Assembly: GCA_965365715.1 (NCBI GenBank)
Contig: CBDUCT010000001.1
Location: 1-49,702, forward strand
DNA: 49,702 nucleotides
Origin: an uncultured Cyclobacteriaceae bacterium
Lineage (GTDB): Bacteria > Bacteroidota > Bacteroidia > Cytophagales > Cyclobacteriaceae
Reading direction: 5' to 3'
How positions within the stretch are numbered: position 1 is the stretch's first letter; each line of letters starts with the position of its first letter. The translations under genes were made by a program, and so were the position numbers. Positions 18,348 to 26,860 of this stretch are shown here, one piece after another. The notes under the pieces are model-generated. The model searched no databases and was not told the DNA's origin. It saw only the letters and a list, made by a program, of their open reading frames with translations.

Positions 18348-19439
18348 ATGGAAAAGATAATTTTTTTTATAAAAAACAAGGAAGACGCTGTTCGTTTTAG
18401 TCAAATTAAACAGCAAGTCGATGAGGCTATTAATAATATTTCAGGCACCAGAAGAACCCTTGCAAAAGTTAAAGCCATTTCCTTTCCTGTTATCTTTCTT
18501 CTTTTATATTTATCAGCCATTTTTTATATACATAATCTTGGCTTGTTTTTTCTATTTTATGGATTAATGGGAATTGCCACATTGCTGATATTCCTTAATC
18601 TTATTCATGAAGCTGTACATGGTTTAGTATTCAAAAAGCAATGGAAAAACAAAGCTGTGTTGTATATATTTGATCTACTTGGTGCAAATAGTTATATCTG
18701 GAAGAGAAGACATAATATTTTGCATCATGGATTTCAGAACGTTTCAGGGTGGGATTCAGATATAGAACAGGCTGGTCTATTCCGGATCTATCCTCATGAA
18801 GAAAAAAGGAAATTTCAGGCTCATCAACATAGGTTGGTTTTTATTTTTTATCCACTATATCTTGCGAATTGGGTTCTGATAAGAGATTTTAAAGACTTTT
18901 TTAGTAGTAAGCAGCTTATTAGGAAAGTAAGTAAAATTCCACTCAGAGAATACTTCATCCTGTTTTTCTTCAAATTGTTTTATCTGTTTTATATCGTGAT
19001 AGTTCCATACATGTTAGGTCTTTCGCTTATGCAATCGATACTGGCTATGTTTTTCATGCTCATTATAGCCGGAACACTGGCACTTAACTTTCTACTGACT
19101 CCCCATGTTAATGTGAAAAATAAATTCCCATTACCGGATTCAAATGGTCGCTTACCTTTCAGCTGGCTGGAACACCAGTTTGCTACCACCAATGATGTAA
19201 AGAATTGCAATTGGTTTACAAGAAACCTACTCGGGAATTTCAACTTTCATATTGCACATCATTTATTCCCAAGAATTAGCTCCATATACGCCCCTGAAAT
19301 TACGGAAATTATAAAAAAATATGACGATCGATACAAATTGGGTTACCGATCTTATTCCATGAAAAATGCACTCAAATATCATTTCCACTTGATAAAATCC
19401 AATGCGATAGGCATGGATATATTTGAAGAAAATATGTAA
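18348..19439 (+). CDS. Membrane fatty-acid desaturase family protein
   Basis: Three histidine boxes are present, HEAVH, HNILHH and HIAHH, with interspersed TM helices. Confidence 0.85.
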   Translation: MEKIIFFIKNKEDAVRFSQIKQQVDEAINNISGTRRTLAKVKAISFPVIFLLLYLSAIFYIHNLGLFFLFYGLMGIATLLIFLNLIHEAVHGLVFKKQWKNKAVLYIFDLLGANSYIWKRRHNILHHGFQNVSGWDSDIEQAGLFRIYPHEEKRKFQAHQHRLVFIFYPLYLANWVLIRDFKDFFSSKQLIRKVSKIPLREYFILFFFKLFYLFYIVIVPYMLGLSLMQSILAMFFMLIIAGTLALNFLLTPHVNVKNKFPLPDSNGRLPFSWLEHQFATTNDVKNCNWFTRNLLGNFNFHIAHHLFPRISSIYAPEITEIIKKYDDRYKLGYRSYSMKNALKYHFHLIKSNAIGMDIFEENM

Positions 19440-19445
19440 TTAAGG

Positions 19446-20876
19446 ATGAATTTAAACCAAACTTTTACCAAATATAGATTCGCAGACCTGCACTGTCACC
19501 CGAATCTAAAAACCTTCGGGCATTCATTTTCGGAGGTCCCGAAAAGCATAAAGAATAAATCTCATATCTGGCATAAGAAGAATCCTACTACTGCCACCAA
19601 GATGTTAAATACCTTAACCGGCTTAACTAAATTCTCTCAAGCTGATTTTACTACATTGTTCAAAGCAAATGTAAAGATTGCCTTTGTATCATTATATCCT
19701 TTTGAAAAAGGATTTTTTATAAACGGCCCACTAAATGGCCCGATTTCAGCCCAATTTGCCAATCTAGTAACCAGTGTTGGATATAATAGAATAAGACATA
19801 TTCAAAAACATGTTGATTACTTTGAAGATCTAACTCACGAATACAATTTTTTGAAAGGTAGCAGCCAATCCCTAGATATTGACGGTATAACGAAGAAATG
19901 GAGGTTTACGAATACCCTTGAGGAATTGGAAAATGTATTAATGTCGGATAACGAAATTGCAGTGATCACAACTATTGAAGGGGCGCATATACTAAATTCG
20001 GGTCTGTCCCTATATGGTAAGGATTCAAATGAGGAGGAAATATTAGACAATGTCCAGAAACTTAAGAAATGGAAAAATCCTCCCTTGTTCATAACATTTG
20101 CTCACAACTTTAACAATGATTTATGTGGACACGCCCGAAGCCTGGACCCACTCGGTCCCCTGGTCAATCAGTTTGATAACTTGAATAAGGGATTTTCCCC
20201 ATTGGGAAAGAAAGTTATCAGGGCTTTACTAACTAATGATCCTAAATCTATTCTGATTGACATTAAACATATGAGTGTCAAATCAAGAAAGGAATATTAC
20301 GAAATTTTAAAACAGGAGTATTATAACAATATACCATTAATTGTAAGCCACGGGGCTGTTACAGGTGTAGATTTCAATGGAGACAGGAATACAGGATTGG
20401 ACAGGGGATTCTTTTGTAATGATGATATTAACTTTTATGACGACGAATTGATCAATATTTCTGTTACCAAGGGACTATTTGCGATTCAACTGGATGGTAA
20501 CAGGCTTGCACCGAAGAGAATTTTAAAAAAGTCAATTTTTAATTTTAATGATCCCAAAGCTCATGAATATTCATCCCTGATTATCTGGCGTCAAATTCAG
20601 CATATAGCGGAAGTACTTGACCGTTCCAATCAACCAGCATGGGGGATAGCCAGTATAGGTAGCGACTTCGATGGCACCATAAATCCCCTGAAAGGGATAT
20701 GGACGGCCGAATACATGCCTTTACTGGCTGATCAGTTGCTATTATTGGCTGATAATTATCTGAAAGGTAAAAATCCGCTTCAACTCCCTGAAAACAAAAC
20801 AATTACTGCTGAAGAAATTGTTGAAAAGTTCATATTTGAAAATGCTTTAAGTTTCTTGAGAAGAAATTTGGACTAA
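19446..20876 (+). CDS. Divergent M19 (renal/membrane dipeptidase)-like amidohydrolase-fold protein
   Basis: Motif order resembles M19: ADLHCHP (HxH rather than the M19 HxD), TTIEGAH, ITFAHNFNND, IDIKHMS, IVSHGA and SIGSDFDG. No signal peptide. The start lies 6 nt after the desaturase stop. Confidence 0.5.
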   Translation: MNLNQTFTKYRFADLHCHPNLKTFGHSFSEVPKSIKNKSHIWHKKNPTTATKMLNTLTGLTKFSQADFTTLFKANVKIAFVSLYPFEKGFFINGPLNGPISAQFANLVTSVGYNRIRHIQKHVDYFEDLTHEYNFLKGSSQSLDIDGITKKWRFTNTLEELENVLMSDNEIAVITTIEGAHILNSGLSLYGKDSNEEEILDNVQKLKKWKNPPLFITFAHNFNNDLCGHARSLDPLGPLVNQFDNLNKGFSPLGKKVIRALLTNDPKSILIDIKHMSVKSRKEYYEILKQEYYNNIPLIVSHGAVTGVDFNGDRNTGLDRGFFCNDDINFYDDELINISVTKGLFAIQLDGNRLAPKRILKKSIFNFNDPKAHEYSSLIIWRQIQHIAEVLDRSNQPAWGIASIGSDFDGTINPLKGIWTAEYMPLLADQLLLLADNYLKGKNPLQLPENKTITAEEIVEKFIFENALSFLRRNLD

Positions 20877-20970
20877 CACATCAGCTTTATGCATATTGAA
20901 TTTCGGGAAATTTTTTCAAGTTCAATAACATATCCATCCTTGATAATTGTTTAGTTTGTTATATTGTGTA

Positions 20971-22599
20971 ATGAAATTTTTTACCCTGTTTGTATTTATA
21001 ATCCCGATTTTCTTTTCTTGCAGTATTGATGAACAAAAAGGAGAAATTATTAATGCAGATATATGTATCCTGGGTGGAAGTGAGGCAGGATTTACCGCAG
21101 CCATTCAGGCAAGCCGCGTCGGCAAAAAAGTAATTCTGATAGAACCCACCGGGCATCCAGGTGGCATGATGGTCGAAGGCATTGTTAAGGACATACGTTT
21201 TGGTAGTGCCAGGGTAATTGGCGGAATAGCCAGGGAAATTTATGAATCCCTTGAAAGACATTATGGTCTTGAGGCGGATTTTGAAAATCCCGACTGGTTT
21301 TCACATTATGAGCCATCTGTTGCTGAACAAATAATTGAAGATCTTTTAAGTCAAGAGGATAATATTACCATTATCCGTAAAGCCAGGATAAAGGAAGAAG
21401 ATGGAGTTGTAAAAGAGGGATCTTCAATAAAAAGTCTAAAATTAGAAAATGGAAGTGTTATTTCAGCGAAAATGTATATTGATGCATCTATAGAAGGTCA
21501 CCTCTTACATTTTGCCGGGATTACCACGGAGACCATCAGGGAAGGCAATGAAAAGTATGGAGAATCAAAAAACGGGATACAGGTTGAAAATCATTACCGG
21601 CAATTTGAAGTCGAAATAGATCCATACCTGATACCTGGGGAGTCCGAAAGCGGATTGATCCCAACCATTCAGGATGGTGTACTTGTCGAATTCGGGAGTC
21701 CTGATAAATACATCCAGGGATATTGTTACAGAATGTGCCTGACAAAAGATCCGGAAAATAGAATATATATTGAGAAACCTGATCATTATGATCCGGCCAC
21801 CTATGAAATCTACAGAAGATATCTGAAAGCCGGCGGAAAATTGTTTTATCCCCGGGTAAACCGGCACAATGGTAAAACAGATCTTGGCAGCTGGCATGAC
21901 CTTTCAGCCAACCTGTATGGGGAGAACTGGAAATATCCCGATGGCAACTATGCTACCCAGGATAGTATTATAAGGTTTCACAAGAATTTTACGCAGGGAT
22001 TGATCTGGTTCCTTCAGAATGACCCTGAAGTAGACACTTTAACAAGGCGGAACTGGAAGGATTGGGGATTATGCCGGGATGAGTTTCAGGATAATGCCCA
22101 TTGGCCCCGCAGATTATATATTCGCAGTGCCCGAAGGATGGTATCAGATTATGTTATTACTGAACATCATACTTCAAGGGAAAATCCTGATAAAGTACCT
22201 GATCCCGTTGCCATTGCCTGGTGGCCTCCTGATACCCACCATGCCAGAAGAATAGTGAAAGATGGCTTGGCCTATAATGAAGGATTTGTTTTCGGAGGTG
22301 ATGACTGGAAACCATTCGGAATATCATGGAGATCATTAATACCAAAGACTGATGAATGCACAAATCTGCTTACACCAACATGCATTTCCAGCAGTTATGT
22401 TGCCTATGGAGCAATCCGGATACTCCCTACATTTATGATCCTGGGCCAGAGTGCAGGTCTGGCTGCTTCAATTGCGATAGACAGGCAAATCCCCATACAG
22501 GATGTAGAATATTCCGAATTAAGAACCGGATTAATCAAATCAGATCAGATACTTGACATACCTGATAATTGGCTGGATATCATAACAGCCAATAATTAG
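20971..22599 (+). CDS. FAD-dependent oxidoreductase (FAD_oxidored/PF12831-like) lipoprotein
   Basis: Lipobox FFSC after the ATG at 20971. Dinucleotide-binding motif DICILGGSEAGFTAAIQASRVGKKVILIE...GG. Confidence 0.7.
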   Translation: MKFFTLFVFIIPIFFSCSIDEQKGEIINADICILGGSEAGFTAAIQASRVGKKVILIEPTGHPGGMMVEGIVKDIRFGSARVIGGIAREIYESLERHYGLEADFENPDWFSHYEPSVAEQIIEDLLSQEDNITIIRKARIKEEDGVVKEGSSIKSLKLENGSVISAKMYIDASIEGHLLHFAGITTETIREGNEKYGESKNGIQVENHYRQFEVEIDPYLIPGESESGLIPTIQDGVLVEFGSPDKYIQGYCYRMCLTKDPENRIYIEKPDHYDPATYEIYRRYLKAGGKLFYPRVNRHNGKTDLGSWHDLSANLYGENWKYPDGNYATQDSIIRFHKNFTQGLIWFLQNDPEVDTLTRRNWKDWGLCRDEFQDNAHWPRRLYIRSARRMVSDYVITEHHTSRENPDKVPDPVAIAWWPPDTHHARRIVKDGLAYNEGFVFGGDDWKPFGISWRSLIPKTDECTNLLTPTCISSSYVAYGAIRILPTFMILGQSAGLAASIAIDRQIPIQDVEYSELRTGLIKSDQILDIPDNWLDIITANN

Positions 22600-22721
22600 T
22601 TCTGATCTCAAATTCTGATTCATGGTCAGAAGAATAAAGGATGGATATATTCTTTTCCTGGTCATTTATCAAAAAAACTTCTATATACCTTTTTAAGTAG
22701 AATTCATTAATGTATAACCAG

Positions 22722-22871
22722 ATAGTTACTAATTAAATAGTTACTAGTTGTCTAATATTTTCAATATAGCAAGACTGATTAGTAGCACAATTATAAGATC
22801 GATAGAAAAAATTAATTTATTGAAAGATATATTGTCTGCTAACTAAATGGTTACTAACTTAACAGTTAGTA
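22722..22871 (+). promoter_or_regulatory. Repeated AT(A/G)GTTACTA motif plus a 7-bp inverted repeat upstream of the ATPase gene
   Basis: atagttacta occurs at 22722-22731 and 22737-22746, and atggttacta at 22847-22856. The inverted repeat tactaac (22852-22858) / gttagta (22865-22871) ends 11 nt before the ATG at 22883. Confidence 0.3.
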
Positions 22872-22882
22872 TATATATTAAT

Positions 22883-24013
22883 ATGAAATTTCCATTTACA
22901 TTCGGGAAAGTGGTCACCGGATCACAGTTTATTAATCGAAAAAAGGAGCTGGCACAGCTTAGATCAAATATTGATCAAGGTATAAACACTGTACTAATTT
23001 CCCCAAGGAGGTGGGGAAAATCTTCCCTGATTAAATACCTCTCAAAGAAGATGTCTAAAAATAAGCAATTGAATTTTATTTTAATTGACTTATTCCGGTT
23101 CTCAGACGAACTGGAGTTTTATGAGGGATGCATCAAAGCCGTTCTGCAAGCGGGATCTGCAAAATCCTCAGACCAAGAAAATCTTATCCGGAAATCATTC
23201 AAGAGTCTACAGCCAGGTATATCCATTGCTGATGAAGTTTCCGGTGAATTGGATGTTTCCCTTCAATGGACGGATATCGAAAGGCATTTTGAAGAGGTAT
23301 TGAATCTTCCGGAAAAGCTGGGTAAAAAAAGAAATCAGAAATTTGTAATATGCATAGATGAATTTCAAAGTTTCGAAAAATTTAAAAATCCGATATTATT
23401 TCAATCCCGTCTAAGATCTGTCTGGCAGCATCATTCCCATGTTGTATATATCTTAGTTGGATCAAAAAGACATATGATGGACAGGGTATTTAACAGTAAG
23501 AGTCACCCATTCTATCGTTTCGGCGAGATCATGTATCTTCAGAAGATTAAAAAGAAACATTTTTGTCGTTATATAATCTCAACGTTTGAGAGATCAGGAA
23601 AAACTATTCCCAAAGAAAGAGCCAACATGATCATTTCACTGTCAGAAAGAAATCCCTATTTCGTTCAGCAATTATCAAGATATGTATGGGAAAAAAGTAC
23701 TGAACTCGTCATTGACTCTGATATAAAAGAGTCATTAGAAGATATCATTATGCATCATGCCGTTTGGTATTTAAGAGAAGTGGAGAGAATGACCCCTTCC
23801 CAGTTCAATTATCTTAAAGCCGTTGTGAATGAGGAAAAAAATCTTAGCGGGCAGGATGTGATCAGGAAATATAAGCTGGGTTCTTCAGCCAATGTCGCTA
23901 AAATTAAAAAAGTAATGGAAGACAGGGAGATCCTGGATTTCCGGGATCTTTACCCTGAATTTAATGATCCCTTCTTTAAGCTCTGGATCAGGAAGCAGTC
24001 TTTCGCATATTGA
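22883..24013 (+). CDS. Orphan P-loop ATPase of the Arch_ATPase/DUF234-like 'ATP-binding protein' family
   Basis: FINRKKELAQLRSNI... precedes the Walker A-like ISPRRWGKSSL and Walker B-like FVICIDEFQ. The C-terminal helical region resembles a winged-helix tail. Start chosen at MKFPFTFG. Confidence 0.6.
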   Translation: MKFPFTFGKVVTGSQFINRKKELAQLRSNIDQGINTVLISPRRWGKSSLIKYLSKKMSKNKQLNFILIDLFRFSDELEFYEGCIKAVLQAGSAKSSDQENLIRKSFKSLQPGISIADEVSGELDVSLQWTDIERHFEEVLNLPEKLGKKRNQKFVICIDEFQSFEKFKNPILFQSRLRSVWQHHSHVVYILVGSKRHMMDRVFNSKSHPFYRFGEIMYLQKIKKKHFCRYIISTFERSGKTIPKERANMIISLSERNPYFVQQLSRYVWEKSTELVIDSDIKESLEDIIMHHAVWYLREVERMTPSQFNYLKAVVNEEKNLSGQDVIRKYKLGSSANVAKIKKVMEDREILDFRDLYPEFNDPFFKLWIRKQSFAY

Positions 24014-24014
24014 T

Positions 24015-24872
24015 CTAATCAAAACTCATATTATCTGCCAGAATAGATTTAGTATTCGGATCCAGTAGTTGCCAGATCTGGTTTAAAAAATTTATATTAT
24101 CCTCAGAGAGGAATACTTCAGAGGGTAAGTTTTTAGCGATATAAAAATTGACCAGTGGATACCTTTTTTTCATTACCTGAATAATTTCCTGAAAACGGTT
24201 CACATAATCTTCTTCATCAAATTGTTTCAATGCAAATATTATGGATTTCGTATTGTCAGAAAACAGGAGCTGCTGTTCCATTTTCGAGTTGTAGTTTTTT
24301 ATGGTACACTCTGAGAGGATATTCTTAATATCTCCATTGACGAGGTGCCATAATGTATAGGTAGAATATAAGGCACCATCCACTACTGCATTTTTTATTT
24401 GCAGATCAGTCGCGCCGGTTAAAGCATCTATTTTTTGGGAATACCTGATTCGGTTATTGTCCAGAAGTTCACTTTCGCTTTTTCTGCCTAAGATGGAATT
24501 TCCATCTTTCAAAGTAGCCTGAAGTTTACTGTAGTCTTCCGGGGTAAACAAAAGATGATCATTTTTGGTAAGAGGATATCCGGCCAGGGTATCAAACCGG
24601 ATATAGTCACCTATTAGATCCCAGAATACCTTTATTTGCACGATCTGGCATAATGTATCATCACAAACAGGTGTTCTTAATATCGATTCATAGACATAGA
24701 GATCATCATCCGAAATATTCAGGAAAACCGGATTCAAAAAAACCGAATCCTTACCCGGAATTATAGCGACTTCCTCTGAATATTCTCCGGGATATCGAAT
24801 TTGTGAATTTTGATCTTTGAAACCAGACAGAAGAATTATCCAGATGAAAAAAATTAAATACTTTCCCGGCAT
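24015..24872 (-). CDS. Exported hypothetical protein with an FMN_bind-like segment and a flavinylation-type motif
   Basis: N-terminal signal or anchor (YLIFFIWIILLSGF). DALTGAT at nt 24408-24428 fits the Dxx(S/T)GA(S/T) ApbE target motif and the vDavSGAT core of FMN_bind domains. The rest is unrecognised. Confidence 0.4.
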   Translation of the reverse strand: MPGKYLIFFIWIILLSGFKDQNSQIRYPGEYSEEVAIIPGKDSVFLNPVFLNISDDDLYVYESILRTPVCDDTLCQIVQIKVFWDLIGDYIRFDTLAGYPLTKNDHLLFTPEDYSKLQATLKDGNSILGRKSESELLDNNRIRYSQKIDALTGATDLQIKNAVVDGALYSTYTLWHLVNGDIKNILSECTIKNYNSKMEQQLLFSDNTKSIIFALKQFDEEDYVNRFQEIIQVMKKRYPLVNFYIAKNLPSEVFLSEDNINFLNQIWQLLDPNTKSILADNMSFD

Positions 24873-24881
24873 ACCATTCAG

Positions 24882-26660
24882 TTATGGATTATTTTTCAGA
24901 TCATTTGAAGAAAGGATCAATTTCATATATTCATCAAGATGATCAAGATATAGTTCCCTGGGTGATATATTATATTTTTTACACAGTGATGCCGCGTACC
25001 CAACGGCGGCTCCCATTTGTCCGGTTGTTCTCATTACTCTCGGTCCGCCCAGCCCTACATGTGAACAACTGAAACACCTTCCCGCCATGAATAAATTGTT
25101 CACGTTTTTTGAATAAAGACTTCTATAAGGGATATAATAGGTATCGACCTTATAAAATAAGGCTTCTGAAAGGAAATCAGGTTTATCCGGATCAAGCAGG
25201 TTTTGCTGATAATGAACATCTACTTCCCTTTTTTCAACAACAACGGAATCAGGAAATTTTACATTATTTCTCATATCGTTAAAAGTATAGATATGATCGC
25301 CCACCAATCTTCTGGATTCCCTTTTGCCAAGCAGGTAGCTCACCCACTCCAGGGCGAGATTCTCATTACCCGGCTTTTGTTTTTCATTATAGAAAGATCC
25401 ATAGATCGCTTTCAGCATATGGTCCCGTATAAATTCCGCATCTTCAATCTGGTGCTTGTCATTTCTCGAAAATTCCCATTGCCATTCCCCTTTCGCTTTC
25501 GCATAATCTTTGGCCACATCCATTGCCCAGGGAACTTCCGGAAACACAGAGGCAGCAATGCCTACATAACTTCTCCACAGAATGGAAGAACCCATAACGA
25601 ATTGATCCGGTTTTTCAGGGCTCCATAATTCACCATACTGTTCCCAGGATTCACCGTATTTATTTACAGATTCCCTCCCATAAGAATATTCAGCACCCGC
25701 CCAGTATCCGATCCAGCCATCCCCGGTACAATCAGCAAAATAGGGCGCCATAAACCTTATCCTTTCACCTGTACTGGTATGTCTTGCATCCACATATTGA
25801 ATGATGTCCTTTTTAGCGAAAGCATTATAAGCCCTCCAGTTGAGAAAAAGATGGATGTTATTGTAATTCCTGATATTAGCCATTCTCTTAGCATCCTCTT
25901 CCTCTGCCTTTGGATCTCCATTAGGATAATGTTCTGTATCCAACATTCTCAGTATCCTTTCAAAATGACCATATATCCCCAGGGTATGAACCCGGATCTC
26001 ACTACTGGCATTGCCACCCAGTACAGGACGGTCATGGATAAGGGCCACGTTCAGGCCCTGCTCCGCAGCGGCAATGGCCGTAGCACATCCCGCAATTCCA
26101 CCACCCGTTACTATCAAATCAAAGAACATCTCCTGATCCGGATCTTCGGGTAATTGCAATACAGTATCCCGCCATTTTTTTAATTCAATTTTCTCAGATG
26201 GAGGGGGCGTATTCTTTAATGACAGGAAAATGGCGTCACAGCGTCCCTCAAATCCGGAAAGATCTTTAAGCATCAATTCATGTGCGCCTTTATTTAATCT
26301 TAATTCACCGGTATATTGCCAATTCCAATCCTCTTTGGTTCCCAGGATCTCTTCAAATACATGATCATTTATCTGTACTTGAAACCTGCCAGGTGCTTCC
26401 CAGTTACCCGGAGCCCAGTTTTTAGTCCTGACCCAGACGTGATAAAAACCCTTTTTGCTTGTTCTGAAGGTAGAATGGGCATTTCGAACAGGCACACCCA
26501 AACCATGTGCCAGCAAATAGGACGATCCCATTTGTTCAACAAATTGAGGATCAACCACCCAGCCGCCTTTTTCTTCAAAACTCTCCACTTCAATCAGTAT
26601 ATCCTGTGCCTGGATCACAGAGGTAAGCAACAATGCAATTAATAGATATGCAGTTTTCAT
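24882..26660 (-). CDS. Secreted FAD-dependent oxidoreductase (PF12831-like) with an N-terminal CBM-like domain
   Basis: Signal peptide MKTAYLLIALLLTSVIQAQ. About 170 aa are beta-rich, followed by DLIVTGGGIAGCATAIAAAEQGLNVALIHDRPVLGGNASSE. Confidence 0.7.
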   Translation of the reverse strand: MKTAYLLIALLLTSVIQAQDILIEVESFEEKGGWVVDPQFVEQMGSSYLLAHGLGVPVRNAHSTFRTSKKGFYHVWVRTKNWAPGNWEAPGRFQVQINDHVFEEILGTKEDWNWQYTGELRLNKGAHELMLKDLSGFEGRCDAIFLSLKNTPPPSEKIELKKWRDTVLQLPEDPDQEMFFDLIVTGGGIAGCATAIAAAEQGLNVALIHDRPVLGGNASSEIRVHTLGIYGHFERILRMLDTEHYPNGDPKAEEEDAKRMANIRNYNNIHLFLNWRAYNAFAKKDIIQYVDARHTSTGERIRFMAPYFADCTGDGWIGYWAGAEYSYGRESVNKYGESWEQYGELWSPEKPDQFVMGSSILWRSYVGIAASVFPEVPWAMDVAKDYAKAKGEWQWEFSRNDKHQIEDAEFIRDHMLKAIYGSFYNEKQKPGNENLALEWVSYLLGKRESRRLVGDHIYTFNDMRNNVKFPDSVVVEKREVDVHYQQNLLDPDKPDFLSEALFYKVDTYYIPYRSLYSKNVNNLFMAGRCFSCSHVGLGGPRVMRTTGQMGAAVGYAASLCKKYNISPRELYLDHLDEYMKLILSSNDLKNNP

Positions 26661-26860
26661 GCTTATATTATTTATATAAAAAGTATCGGATATTTAAAAT
26701 TTGCTATTCAAACATTATTCAACAATATCAAATATAAAATAACATATTTTAAATTCAGTATGCTTTATAATTCAATGAATTATCGATTAGTAATAGCAAA
26801 TCAGCGGTTATCTGTTTTAGCATTGAAAGAATACATGATCATAGGATCCCGGGAAATACC

